From assembly GCF_030144855.1 (NCBI RefSeq), contig NC_082731.1:26226001-26290000 (forward strand): 64,000 nucleotides of DNA, written 5' to 3'. The notes beneath the pieces are model-generated. The model was not told the DNA's origin, searched no databases, and saw only the letters and a list, made by a program, of their open reading frames with translations. This DNA is from Hypanus sabinus (lineage: Eukaryota). The position numbers were made by a program, and so were the translations under genes. This document shows, piece by piece, positions 1 through 11,070 of the stretch; position 1 is the stretch's first letter, and each line of letters starts with the position of its first letter.

Positions 1-579
1 CCCACGGATGGTGGTAATTAAATACTCTCTTTCCGGCCCCAGTGAATAGATCAATAAAGGTGCATTCGGGATCCCTTCTCTCCCACTTAACCGTTTAACC
101 ACTCCAGGGCTTTAGCAGAGAGTAAAATAATGTAAGCTAATTTACTTCGTCCGGTAGGAAACATGAGCGGCATCAGTTCGAACACCAGTGAACACGGGGT
201 TATAAACCCACGGCACGACTCGAAACCTCCGAACTAGCGCTCTGCAGTAGGCAGATTTAAGGAGATATCGGCACACTCCCTCCGATGGTGTGGCGTATCT
301 AATTCCCCTGCTTTTATAATTCACTTGATGGCAAAAAAAAAAAGACATGGCTATTTCCCACATCTACTGCTTGTGATTACTGACCGTGACATTTCACTTT
401 GCCAAATCTAATTGGACTTTGAATCCTGCTAAGATCATTTTTCTTAACTGAGTCGTACGGTGAGGTCCTGTAGCGAACTCCATTGCAGGAACTACTGAGA
501 ATTCCCACAAAACTAAAGATTTCATACAAAAATTAAACAGAAAATATTACAGAAATTAATCAGAGCATTTTCAAAGACA

Positions 580-910
580 GGTGTCTAGAAAGAGCTCGAA
601 GGATCATTGTGGACCCTAGTCATCCGAATCACAAACTGTTCCAGCTCCTACCATCCGGAAAACGGTACCGTGGCATAAAAGGCAGGACTAACAGGCTCCT
701 GGACAGCTTCTTCCACCAGGCCATCGACTGAGTAATTCATACTAATGCAATTGTATTTCTGTGTTACATTGAATATATTTTTGTACCTACTATTTATCAT
801 AAATTACTATAAATTGCACATTGCGGATTTAGATGACGTGACGTCAAAGTTTTTACTCCTCATGTATATAAAGCATATCAGTAATAAATTTAATTCAATA
901 AAGTCAATTC
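580..910 (+). mobile_element. LINE 3' end fragment, Rex1/Babar-like (family recalled, not searched)
   Basis: Degenerate ORF2 C-terminal text (ctgttccagctcctaccatccggaaaacggtaccg...gacagcttcttccaccaggccatc) followed by an AT-rich tail. Related pieces at about 18.1-18.4, 21.0-21.3 and 46.0-46.5 kb. Confidence 0.55.
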
Positions 911-1225
911 GAAAGAACTAACAAGAGCTCCAACAATCTATAAACAGTCTTAACAAACTGAAATCACTCACGATGCACCAAGGAACCCTTTTGAACTTTC
1001 ACCTGACAAGGAAGCGCAGCGACCGATCAAAGAGGGTTAACATGCCCACCTGAAGTACAGCCTAGAGTTTATAGGAATTCAGGACAAGACAGATAATATG
1101 GGTGTCGACGAAGCAATAATCCACAAAGCCACAACTACAAAACAAGACATTGAAACTACCGTGCTAATTAAATTATTCCCAAATTGAATAAAAGTGATGA
1201 ATACAAAGGAGCTTAAAATCTCCAT

Positions 1226-1348
1226 AAGGGTTTCAGCCCGAAACGTCGTCACTACCTCCTCCCATAGATGCTGTCTGGCCTGCTGAGTTCTGCCAGCATT
1301 TTGTGTTTGTTATTTATTTCCAGCATCTGCAGATTCACTCGTGTTGCT
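1226..1348 (+). mobile_element. Penelope-like/short retroposon terminal fragment
   Basis: aagggtttcagcccgaaacgtcg...catagatgctgtctggcctgctgagttctgccagcattttgtg. Related copies recur at about 35.1, 48.4-48.5 and 54.9 kb. Confidence 0.5.
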
Positions 1349-1575
1349 CAATCACAAACAAGCTGGCTTCAAACAGTGAAAACCCCAAGCTAGTCCAAAG
1401 ACAAACAATTAAATATAATGGATAATTAATCCAAAGAGTAGTGCATACCCTCGAGAAAATACAGTCCACATACTAACTGAAAAAAAAATCTTTTTCTTTC
1501 GAACAGCCCCTGGTTGTGACACGATGTGCAAGCTGAGGGTTTCTTTCTAGAGCAAAGGAGAATGAGAGGTGACAT

Positions 1576-1790
1576 TGTGGCGGTGTGCTACGCGCAGCGC
1601 TAAAATTACGACACGGAGTCGGTAACTGCAGTCGAAGGAAAAAACTTTATTCGAAAACTTCAGCCTCACTTTTAAGCCTCTGTCAACCGGCCCCCCATGG
1701 CGAAGAGGCTCCAACGCTCTGTGCTCGCAAACCCCCGTAGGCTATCTAATTGTAAGTCGGTTCGGATACGCTAGGAAATGAGCCGCCACA
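1576..1790 (-). repeat. 3' LTR (215 bp)
   Basis: tgtggcggtgtgct...gagccgccaca; identical to 5580-5794 except at position 4. AATAAA on the minus strand at 1646-1651. Confidence 0.97.
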
Positions 1791-4700
1791 TAACCCCCCC
1801 CCCCCAGAACCGGCGATACACCCCCCAATGTCCACAGCCTGGGCCAGAACCTGCTTGGGAGGTCGGCCTCTGCGCCGAGGCGCCGGAAACTCGGCCGGTT
1901 GCGCCAGGTCCACATGGGCCGGCTTGAGGCGGTCCACCGTGAAAACCTCCTCCTTCCCCCCAACGTCCAGCACGAACGTGGACCCGTTGTTCCGGAGCAC
2001 CGTAAACGGCCCCTCGTATGGCCGCTGCAGCGGTGGCCGATGCCCGCCCCTTCGTACAAACACAAACTTACAGTTCCGTAGGTCTTTGGGTACGCAGGTC
2101 GGGTGCCGCCCATGCTGTGAAGTGGGTATGGGGGCCAGGCTACCGAGCTTCTCGCGAAGTCTGCCCAGGACTGCAGCGGGTTCTTCCTCTTGCCCCCTCG
2201 GGGCTGGTAGGAACTCCCCGGGGACGGCCAGGGGCGCGCCGTATACCAACTCGGCCGACGAGGCGTGCAGGTCGTCCTTGGGCGCTGTGCGGATGCCGAG
2301 AAGGACCCAGGGAAGCTCGTCCGCCCAGTTGGCTCCTCGCAGGCGGGCCATGAGGGCCGACTTCAGGTGACGGTGGAAACGCTCCACTAGCCCGTTCGAC
2401 TGTGGGTGGTAGGCAGTGGTGTGGTGCAGCTGAGTCCCCAAAAGGCTGGCCATAGCTGACCACAGGCTGGAGGTGAACTGGGCGCCTCTGTCGGAGGTAA
2501 TGTGGGCTGGTACACCAAAGCGGGATATCCAGGTGGCGATCAGGGCTCGGGCGCAAGATTCGGAGGTGGTGTCGGTGAGCGGGACCGCCTCTGGCCATCT
2601 TGTGAACCGGTCCACGATAGTCAGGAGGTAACGCGCTCCGCGCGACACTGGCAGGGGGCCCACGATATCCACATGAATGTGGTCGAAACGCCGGTGGGCG
2701 GGATGGAACTGCTGCGGTGGGGCTTTGGTGTGCCGCTGAACCTTGGCCGTCTGGCAGTGCATGCACGTTCTGGCCCAGTCACTGACCTGTTTGCGGAGTC
2801 CGTGCCAAACGAACCTGCTGGAAACCATCCGGACAGTTGTCCGGATGGAGGGATGCGCCAAGTTATGAATGGAGTCGAAAACACGTCGCCGCCAGGCTGC
2901 GGGGACGACCGGACGGGGCCGGCCGGTGGCGACGTCACAGAGTAGGGTCCTCTCACCTGGGCCCACGGGGAGGTCCTGGAGCTGCAAACCAGAGACTGCA
3001 GTCCTGTAACTCGGAATCTCCTCATCTACCTGCTGTGCCTCTGCCAGTGCCTCAAAGTCTACCCCTTGGGAAAGGGCATGAACGGTAGGGCGAGAGAGCG
3101 CATCCGCCACGACATTGTCCTTACCCGAGACGTGCCGGACATCCGTTGTGTATTCAGAGACGTAGGACAGGTGGCGTTGCTGGCGGGATGACCAGGGGTC
3201 GGATGCTTTCGTAAACGCAAAGGTAAGCGGTTTGTGGTCCGTGAACGCGGTGAAGGGCCGACCTTCTAGGAAGTACCTGAAATGACGGATTGCCAGGTAG
3301 AGCGCCAACAGTTCCCGGTCAAAAGCACTGTACTTGAGCTCGGGTGGCCGCAGGTGTTTGCTGAAAAACGCCAGGGGTTGCCAGCGACCTGCGATGAGCT
3401 GCTCCAGCACCCCACCGACTGCCGTGTTTGATGCGTCCACTGTGAGGGCGGTAGGGGTGTCCATTCTGGGATGTACTAGCATTGCGGCGTCAGCCAAAGC
3501 CTCCTTCGTTTGAACGAAAGCGGCGGCGGACTCCTCGTCCCAGGTAATGTCCTTGCTCGGACCCGACATCAGGGCGAACAGGGGGCGCATGATCCGGGCA
3601 GCTGAAGGGAGGAAGCGGCGGTAGAAATTGACCATACCTACGAATTCCTGAAGGCCTTTGATCGTGGTGGGTCGGGGGAAGTGGCGGACCGCATCTACCT
3701 TAGCGGGCAGAGGGGTTGCCCCGTCTTTAGTAATCCTGTGGCCCAGGAAGTCAATGGTATCAAGTCCGAACTGGCATTTGGCAGGGTTGATTGTAAGACC
3801 GTACTCACTCAGTCGGGCGCAGAGTTGACGGAGGTGGGACAGATGCTCCTGACGACTGCCGCTGGCTATGAGGATGTCATCCAAATAGATGAACGCGAAG
3901 TCCAGGTCCCGTCCCACCGCGTCCATTAACCGCTGGAACGTCTGTGCGGCATTCTTCAGGCCGAACGGCATGCGGAGGAACTCGAAGAGGCCAAACGGGG
4001 TGATGAGAGCCGTTTTGGGGACGTCGTCAGGATGCATCGGGATTTGATGGTACCCTCGGACAAGGTCGACCTTGGAGAAGATCCGGGCGCCGTGCAGGTT
4101 TGCCGCAAAGTCCTGAATGTGCGGCACAGGGTAGCGGTCCGGTGTGGTAGCCTCGTTCAGCCTGCGGTAGTCGCCGCACGGTCTCCAGCCCCCCGTCGCT
4201 TTGGGCACCATGTGCAGGGGGGAAGCCCAGGGGCTGTCGGACCGCCGGATGATCCCCAATTCCTCCATTCTCTGGAACTCCTCCTTCGCCAGTCGGAGCT
4301 TGTCCGGGGGAAGCCGCCGAGCACGGGCATGGAGGGGTGGTCCCTGTGTCGGGATGTGGTGCTGTACGCCGTGCCTGGGCATGGCTGCTGTGAACTGCGG
4401 TGCCAGAACCGATGGGAACTCCGCCAGGACCCTGGTGAAGTCGTTGTCGGACAGCGTGATGGAGCCGAGGTGAGGGGCTGGCAACTGGGCCGCGCCCAGG
4501 GAGAACGTCTGAAAGGTCTCGGCGTGTACCAGTCTCTTCCTGGGCAGGTCAACCAGCAGGCTGTGAGCTCGCAAAAAATCCGCACCCAGAAGCGGTTGGG
4601 CTACGGCGGCCAGTGTGAAGTCCCACGTGAACTGGCTGGGGCCGAACAGTAGCTGCACCTGACGGGTGCTATAGGTCCTTACTGTGCTGCCATTCACGGC

Positions 4701-4943
4701 CCTCAGGGGGGGACCCGGTGCCCTGCTGCGGGTGTCGTAACTCGTCGGAGGTAAAACGCTGATCTCAGCCCCAGTATCGACCAAAAACCGGCGTCCCGAC
4801 CTTCTATCCCACACATACAGGAGGCTATCCCGATGGCCAGCCGCCGTAGCCATCAGCGGCGGCTGGCCCTGGCGTTTCCCGGGAACTTGCAGGGCGGGCG
4901 GCAACGGCGGGCTTCTGCGCCCCACCGCTGGTGGTAGAAGCAC
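1746..4943 (-). CDS. pol: Pol polyprotein (protease, RT, RNase H, integrase); probably made as Gag-Pol by -1 frameshift
   Basis: 1065-aa open frame with [10 protein letters not shown] (protease), YLDD (RT), DAS...D (RNase H), H-H-C-C zinc finger, DIVGP...SDRG...VERFH (DDE) and a GPY/F motif. No chromodomain seen. The stop lies inside the 3' LTR. Confidence 0.95.
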   Translation of the reverse strand: MLLPPAVGRRSPPLPPALQVPGKRQGQPPLMATAAGHRDSLLYVWDRRSGRRFLVDTGAEISVLPPTSYDTRSRAPGPPLRAVNGSTVRTYSTRQVQLLFGPSQFTWDFTLAAVAQPLLGADFLRAHSLLVDLPRKRLVHAETFQTFSLGAAQLPAPHLGSITLSDNDFTRVLAEFPSVLAPQFTAAMPRHGVQHHIPTQGPPLHARARRLPPDKLRLAKEEFQRMEELGIIRRSDSPWASPLHMVPKATGGWRPCGDYRRLNEATTPDRYPVPHIQDFAANLHGARIFSKVDLVRGYHQIPMHPDDVPKTALITPFGLFEFLRMPFGLKNAAQTFQRLMDAVGRDLDFAFIYLDDILIASGSRQEHLSHLRQLCARLSEYGLTINPAKCQFGLDTIDFLGHRITKDGATPLPAKVDAVRHFPRPTTIKGLQEFVGMVNFYRRFLPSAARIMRPLFALMSGPSKDITWDEESAAAFVQTKEALADAAMLVHPRMDTPTALTVDASNTAVGGVLEQLIAGRWQPLAFFSKHLRPPELKYSAFDRELLALYLAIRHFRYFLEGRPFTAFTDHKPLTFAFTKASDPWSSRQQRHLSYVSEYTTDVRHVSGKDNVVADALSRPTVHALSQGVDFEALAEAQQVDEEIPSYRTAVSGLQLQDLPVGPGERTLLCDVATGRPRPVVPAAWRRRVFDSIHNLAHPSIRTTVRMVSSRFVWHGLRKQVSDWARTCMHCQTAKVQRHTKAPPQQFHPAHRRFDHIHVDIVGPLPVSRGARYLLTIVDRFTRWPEAVPLTDTTSESCARALIATWISRFGVPAHITSDRGAQFTSSLWSAMASLLGTQLHHTTAYHPQSNGLVERFHRHLKSALMARLRGANWADELPWVLLGIRTAPKDDLHASSAELVYGAPLAVPGEFLPAPRGQEEEPAAVLGRLREKLGSLAPIPTSQHGRHPTCVPKDLRNCKFVFVRRGGHRPPLQRPYEGPFTVLRNNGSTFVLDVGGKEEVFTVDRLKPAHVDLAQPAEFPAPRRRGRPPKQVLAQAVDIGGCIAGSGGGGLCGGSFPSVSEPTYN
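1791..1808 (-). promoter_or_regulatory. Polypurine tract
   Basis: The + strand has ta + a plus a 12-C run abutting the LTR, giving a G-run immediately upstream of the 3' LTR on the minus strand. Confidence 0.9.
4835..4880 (-). promoter_or_regulatory. -1 ribosomal frameshift signal: G GGA AAC slippery site plus 12-bp stem
   Basis: Slippery heptamer at 4874-4880 in the gag frame (ccG GGA AAC), 5-nt spacer, perfect stem with arms 4835-4846 and 4857-4868. Pol is in the -1 frame relative to gag. Confidence 0.85.
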
Positions 4944-5578
4944 CAGTGTTCATTGGGCCGGGGGTTAGTGGGCTCTGCGGCCGGGCCTGGACTGGTTTGC
5001 TGCCGGGAGCGTGGCTGGGAGATCTGCGCGATGGACGCCCCGCTCACCTTTTTGGCGTTCCACAGCAAGTCCGCCCGGGCTGCCACCTTCCGGGGGTCAC
5101 TGAAATCCGCGTCGGACAGCAGCAGGCGTATGTCCTCTGGCAGCTGCTCCAGGAATGCCTGCTCAAACATGAGGCCTGTGTGTCCCTCGGCCAGAGACAA
5201 CATCTCATTCATTAAAGCCGATGGAGGTCTGTCGCCCAAGCCATCCAGGTGCAGTAAACGGGCAGCCCGCTCGCGCCGTGAGAGTCCGAAAGTCCTGAGG
5301 AGCAGGGCTTTGAATTCCGTGTACTTGCCGTCTGCCGGGGGCGACTGTACGAACTCCGCGACCTGGGCAGCTGTGTCCTGGTCGAGGGAGCCCACCACGT
5401 AGTAGTAGCGGGTGTCTTCTGAGGTGATCCGGCGAACGTGGAATTGGGCTTCGGCTTGCTGGAACCATAGGTCCGGGCGCTGTGTCCAGAAACCCGGCAG
5501 TTTCAACGAAACCGCATGAACAGAGGCGGCGTCGGTCATGTCTGGTCCAAAAATCGTTTGGACCGTCGGGGTCACCAA
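4853..5578 (-). CDS. gag: Gag with CHCC-type zinc motif (probable ATG at MTDAAS)
   Basis: LKLPGFW...[10 protein letters not shown]-terminus and C-X2-H-X9-C-X3-C ([18 protein letters not shown]). Confidence 0.93.
   Translation of the reverse strand: MVTPTVQTIFGPDMTDAASVHAVSLKLPGFWTQRPDLWFQQAEAQFHVRRITSEDTRYYYVVGSLDQDTAAQVAEFVQSPPADGKYTEFKALLLRTFGLSRRERAARLLHLDGLGDRPPSALMNEMLSLAEGHTGLMFEQAFLEQLPEDIRLLLSDADFSDPRKVAARADLLWNAKKVSGASIAQISQPRSRQQTSPGPAAEPTNPRPNEHWCFYHQRWGAEARRCRPPCKFPGNARASRR
5564..5577 (-). promoter_or_regulatory. Primer-binding site complementary to tRNA-Trp 3' end
   Basis: The minus strand reads TGGTGACCCCGACG 2 nt after the 5' LTR; vertebrate tRNA-Trp ends ...CGUCGGGGUCACCA (recalled). 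Confidence 0.88.
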
Positions 5579-5579
5579 T

Positions 5580-5794
5580 TGTAGCGGTGTGCTACGCGCA
5601 GCGCTAAAATTACGACACGGAGTCGGTAACTGCAGTCGAAGGAAAAAACTTTATTCGAAAACTTCAGCCTCACTTTTAAGCCTCTGTCAACCGGCCCCCC
5701 ATGGCGAAGAGGCTCCAACGCTCTGTGCTCGCAAACCCCCGTAGGCTATCTAATTGTAAGTCGGTTCGGATACGCTAGGAAATGAGCCGCCACA
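5580..5794 (-). repeat. 5' LTR (215 bp)
   Basis: tgtagcggtgtgct...gagccgccaca followed by the TSD acat. Confidence 0.97.
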
Positions 5795-6050
5795 ACATGA
5801 TAGATATATTCAAGATGATAAGAGATAAAGATCGAGTGGTCAGCCAGACACTTTTTTCCAGGGGAGAAGCAGCTAATACGAAGCGGCATAATTTTAAGTT
5901 TATTTGGGTGAAGTATGCAGAAGGATCTCGGACGTAAATGGTGTGTGACACACGGTGCCAGGGGTTGTGTCAGATGCAGAGAAATTCGAGACATTTAAGT
6001 TATTTTTTGATAGGCAGATGGATGTCAGAAACCTGGAGGGATAACTGGTA
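5795..6050 (+). mobile_element. Old CR1 3' fragment that hosts the LTR element (other part at about 1520-1575)
   Basis: Rejoining the flanks gives agagcaaaggagaatgagaggtgACATgatagatatattcaagatgataagagataaagatcgagt, a typical CR1 ORF2 C-terminus. Confidence 0.7.
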
Positions 6051-7079
6051 GTGAGTGGTTACGTTGTTCATGATTGTTTAAAAGGACATTTCATCATTTA
6101 TTTCACTCCTTCCTCATCATCTCTTCTGGTGGTAATTTCAAGCTGAATTTATGCACAACTGCATAAGTTGTCTTACTTCTGGATGGAAATGCATTAAATA
6201 GAGGGTAATAGCAGGCCAGACGTCTATGAGCTTCGATGTCCCAAGCCCCAGATTGATACTGAATATCTGTATACTTTAACTAGATATTGTCCCGGAACTT
6301 AAGATAGCATAAGTTCTTTTTGTTTTCAATCATCTTTAGCTTAGGAAGAAGGGGAGGCATATAATAACAACAACATTCACTTCAATTTAAAGGGCAATCG
6401 TGAAAGTGCAAAAAAATCGTTCTGAAGGAAAGCATGACAATTATCGTACCGGGTGGTCTTAGGAGCTCAGGCTGCTGATTGTGTTCCTCCCGCGTTGTCG
6501 CAGTTGGCCTGTGCCATCTTAATCGGATATCTTCTCCCCCTTGTGGAGGTACGGTGTATTTCAGCGTGCAGAGCGTTTTCAGCTTCGTGGAAGACGAGAG
6601 GTGTGATGAGCTTTATGATAAAGGAAATGCAGCATCGAATTTCCCCACAGCAAGATCGGACACGCCGCAATATGACATTGGTCAGAGGAAACAACCAACA
6701 GTATAGTCAGAGGGAGAAAGTGGGGTGGTGCTGATGGTAAAACAAAGGAAATCGGATCCTTTGAGAGACATAACATAGAAACAAAATATATAGAATCCTG
6801 CGGGTAGCGAAAAGAATCTGCAAGGGTAAGTCCCAGATGAGAGCTGTATGCAAGTCCCCCAACAGTAGCAAGGATGAGGGTTACCAATTTAAACGGGAAA
6901 TAAAATAGACCTGTAATAAGATCAAAGTTACGACAGTCATGGGGGATATCAATTTGCGGGTAGATTAGGAAAGTTAATTAGTGCTGATTACCAAGAAAGA
7001 GAATTTGTTGAACACCAAAGAGATGGCTTTTAAAGTAGTTTGTGGTTGCGCCTACTAGGGAAAGGCAATTCTGAATTAG

Positions 7080-8773
7080 AAAATAGACAATAGACAATAG
7101 GTGCAGAAGTAGACCATTCGGCCCCTCGAGTCTGCACCGCCATTCTGAGATAATGGCTGATCATTCACTATCAATACCCAGTCCCTGCCTTGTCCCCATA
7201 TCCCTTGATTCCCCTATCCATCAGATATCTATCCAGTTCCTTCTTGAAAGCATCCAGAGAATTGGCCTCCACCGTCTTCCGAGGCAGTGCATTCCACACC
7301 TCCACAATTCTCTGGGAGAAGAAGCTCTTCCTCAACTCTGTTTTAAATAACTGACCTCTTATTCTCAATCCATGCCCTCTGGTACTGGACTCTCCCAACA
7401 TCTGGAACATATTTCCTGCCTCAATCCTATCAAATCCTTTAATTATCTTAAACGTTTCAATCAGATCCCCTCTCAATCTCCTCAATTCCAGCATGTACAA
7501 GCCCAATCTCTCCAATCTCTCTGCGTAGGACAGCCCTGCCATCCCAGGAATCAACCTAGTGAATCTACGCTGCACTTCCTCAATTGCCAGAATGTCCTTT
7601 CTTAAACCTGGCGACCAAAACTGTACACAATATTCCAGGTGTGGTCTCACCAGGGCCCTGTACAAATGCAAAAGAACATCCTTGCTCTTGTATTCAATTC
7701 CCGTTGTAACAAAGGCCAACATTCCATTTGCCCTCTTCACTGCCTGTTGCACTTGCTCATTCACCTTCATTGATTGGTGAACTAGGACTCCTAGGTCTCT
7801 TTGCATTTCTCCCTTACCTAACTCGACACCGTTCAGACAATACTCTGCCCTCTTGTTCCAGCTTCCAAAGTGGATAACTTCACATTTATTCACATTGAAT
7901 GACATCTGCCAAGTATCTGCCCACTCACTCAGCCTATTCAAGTCTCCCTGTATTCTCCTAACGTCCTCTTCGCATGTCACACTGCCACCCAGTTTAGTAT
8001 CGTCAGCAAACTTGCTGATATAGTTTTCAATGCCCTCATCTAAATCATTGACATAAATCGTAAAGAGCTGTGGTCCCAATACAGAGCCCTGTGGTACCCC
8101 ACTAGTCACCTCCAGCCAGTCTGAGAAACACCCATTCACTGCTACCCTTTGCTTTCTATCTGCCAACCAGTTTTCTATCCATGTTGAAGCCCTACCCCCA
8201 ATGCCATGAGCTCTGATTTTACTCACCAATCTCCTATGTGGCACCTTATCGAATGCCTTCTGAAAATCTAGGTACACAACATCTACTGGCTTACCCTCAT
8301 CTAACATCCTTGTTACACCCTCAAAAAACTCCAACAGATTAGTCAAGCATGATTTGCCCTTGGTAAATCCATGCTGGCTCGGCCTAATCCTATTTCTGCC
8401 ATCTAGATGTGCCACTATTTCGTCCTTAATAATGGGCTCAAGCATCTTCCCCACGACTGACGTTAGGCTAACAGGGCGATAGTTCTCCGTTTTCTCCTTC
8501 CCTCCCTTCTTGAAAAGTGGGACAGCATTAGCCACTCTCCAATCTTCAGGAACTGATCCTGAATCTAAGGAACATTGGAAAATGATTACCAATGCATCCG
8601 CAATTTCCTGAGCCTCTTTTAGAACCCTCGGATGCAGACCATCTGGACCCGGGGATTTATTAGCCTTCAGTCCTACCAGTCTACTCATCACAGTTTCTTT
8701 CCTAATGTCAATCTGTCTCAATTCCTCTGATATCTTATGACCCTGGCCCATCCATACATCTGGGAGATTGTCT
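7080..8773 (-). mobile_element. Young 5'-truncated CR1 LINE
   Basis: Open RT frame with a (CTATTGT)-type tail at 7081-7098; abrupt 5' junction near 8773. Confidence 0.92.
7171..8773 (-). CDS. CR1 ORF2 reverse transcriptase domain (partial, 5'-truncated)
   Basis: KSPGPDG, NYRPVSLTS, YLDFQKAFDKV, GVPQGSVLGP, FADD and YCVQFWSP. The first ~18 aa of the called ORF (8775-8829) are read-in from flanking DNA. Confidence 0.9.
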
Positions 8774-10419
8774 GTTGTGATCTTTTGAATTGACAGCATA
8801 ACAGCAATCGTTGGTGTTTCTGGCAGCAATTCGAACAGTGCAGGAAAGAACCATCCCGAAGATGAACACGGATTCCGAAGGGAAGATGAGGTAACGATGG
8901 CTCACAGGCGAAGTTAGGGAGAGCTCAAAAGGAAAAGAGATGGCAGAATGGCTTAAGCAGTAATGCAGCAAAACACGTAAAGTTACAGAATTAGGAAGCT
9001 TTTAAAAGCCAACTTATCATAAACAACGTAAGGAAAGAAAAGATGAATTGAATCGAAGGTGAAATATGATGGTAAGCTAGCAAATCGAAGACGATACCAT
9101 TAGATTACTTTTAGTAAATAGAAGCAAGAGTAGATACAATACCGCTGAAAAATGAGGCTGGAGAGGTGGTAATGAGGATAATGAAAAGGCCGGGCTAACT
9201 GAGTAAATATTTTACGACAGTGTCACTGTGGAAGACACTAACATTATTACTGAAATTCCAGAGTGTCGGGGAACAAAACTGAGTGCAGTTGCCATTAGTG
9301 CAATGCTTTGACAGCTGAACGTTCTGAGGGTAGCTGGGTCACCGGGACTTTGTTTACTAGGGTTTTGTAAAGGCTTTTGACAAAGTGACGGATATGAAGT
9401 TGCTTAGCAACATAAGTGCCCATGGTACGACAGGAAAGATACAAGCACGGCGAGATTAGCTGACCGACAGGAGACAAAGAGCCGGAATAAAAGAAGCCTA
9501 TTTTGCTTAGCTACTTAGCTGCTCTGTGCTGTTTTGCAGAGTTTGGCACTTGCCCGCTTCTTTGCACGATATACGTCAGCGATTTGGACGAGGGAATTGA
9601 TGGCTTTGTAGCCAACTTTGCCTACGATACAACCGAAGTTGGACGAGCAGGTAGTATTAAGGAAGCAGGAAATCTGCAGATGCACTTGACATATTGAGAG
9701 AATGGGTAAAGAAGTGGCAGATTTAATATTGTGTAGGAAAGTGTATGGTCATGAACTGAAGGAATAATGGCGTAGAATATTTTCTAAACAGGATTTTTTT
9801 TTTCAAAAATTAAAGGGACATGGGAGTTCTTGGACAGAATTCCCTAATGTTCAACTGCAAGTTGTAAAGTAAGTAAGTGTAATGTTGGCATTCACTTTCA
9901 GAGGGCTAGAATATAAAAATAAGGATATTATGCTGAGGTGTTATAAGGCATTGGCCAGACCCATTCAGAGTATTGTGGACAGCTGAGGGTCTCCTATCTA
10001 AGAGATGCGTTGGACTGAGAGAATGTCCATGTGAGCTTCAAGAGAATTATTTCAGTAAGGAAAAGTTTAACGTCCGACGAGCCTGCATTCACAAGAGTTT
10101 TGAAGAATGGGGGAGGGGTGGATCTCATTGGTACCTATAGAATATTGAAAGACCCAGGCAGAGTGGATGTTTCCAATAGCGTGTGAGTCGCTCAGAGGGG
10201 AAAGTCTCAAAATACGGGTGTATTCATTTTAAGAAGAGATGAAAAGGAATTTCTTTAGGCAGAGTGTGGTGAATCTATGGAATTCATGGATTCATTGCAT
10301 GGACTACGGTGGAGGCCAAGACATCTCAGACTTCCTGCCGGGTCTAGATATTGATTTTAACAGACTTTTCATTTACAACCTCCGCCATTTTCAACAGGGA
10401 TGATGCCTAGGTCTCTCTA

Positions 10420-10990
10420 GTCCTGTGTACCTACTAACTGGTTAAGCCCCAACAATTCAGATTTCCACTGTCCCGCCTGGTTCAAAATAGTATTCCAGTT
10501 CTTAATTAAACTGTGAAATTCGTCTTAGTTGAAATTCTTAGACTCTGGTCTTATTTCAATTGCTTCCATCAGCAGGCAGTCTCAAAGTCCATTGGCACAG
10601 AGCAGTAGTTTTGTGCATTCGAAGTCAATCCTGTAGTCTTTGCGTATACAATGTTCTGCTACCACTGATTCCTCCGGGTAACCCAAACGGGTACACCTAC
10701 TATGCTCTTTCACGCGCATTTCCACCGTCAGGCCGATGTACGCTGCTCCGCATTCACAGTGATTCCTGCATGTATCTGCCGCCCTAGGTTTCTGATCATT
10801 TTCGGCCTGTATACGCTGAGCATTAAGCTTCCTTGTGGGTTTCATGATGGTGTTTCTCCAGGCTTTTTTCAGGATCCTGGCGATCTTTCCAGAAACTGTG
10901 GATATACAGGAAGAAAAGGAGAGCACGTTGTTCACGAATTAACCAAGAGATATTCACGTGAGCGACCGACAAAATTGCGTCATGGAGAAG
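10420..10990 (-). mobile_element. Penelope-like element fragment with GIY-YIG endonuclease
   Basis: The minus ORF contains CECGAAYIGLT...RVKEH...ESVVAEHC. Confidence 0.75.
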
Positions 10991-11070
10991 GTAAATTCTC
11001 CTACACCTATGCAGTTAACCAGAAATGTAACTCATAACTGGAAATGTTCCAAACAGCGATTCAGTATGAA

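Larger units (their letters stand above)
1576..5794 (-). mobile_element. Full-length intact Ty3/Gypsy LTR retrotransposon, CsRn1/Kabuki/Boudicca-like lineage
   Basis: Two 215-bp LTRs with TG...CA ends differing at one base; ACAT 4-bp TSD at 1572-1575 and 5795-5798; tRNA-Trp PBS; PPT; open gag and pol. Confidence 0.97.
6700..10320 (+). mobile_element. Old degenerate CR1 LINE ORF2 (endonuclease to RT to 3' end), split by a younger CR1
   Basis: Endonuclease-like text at 6700-7078 resumes at about 8775 and runs through RT-like (tttgatggctttgtagccaactttgcctacgatac) and 3' motifs. Many stops and frameshifts. Confidence 0.7.

Noticed and set aside
142-363. Minus ORF as an inverted V segment (TRDV5-like position)
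   Set aside because: No Ig V cysteine, tryptophan or YYC pattern and no RSS.
1742-5468. Many overlapping 60-240 aa ORFs within the LTR element
   Set aside because: Antisense or off-frame by-products of GC-rich gag-pol with no recognisable motifs; an antisense gene cannot be supported.
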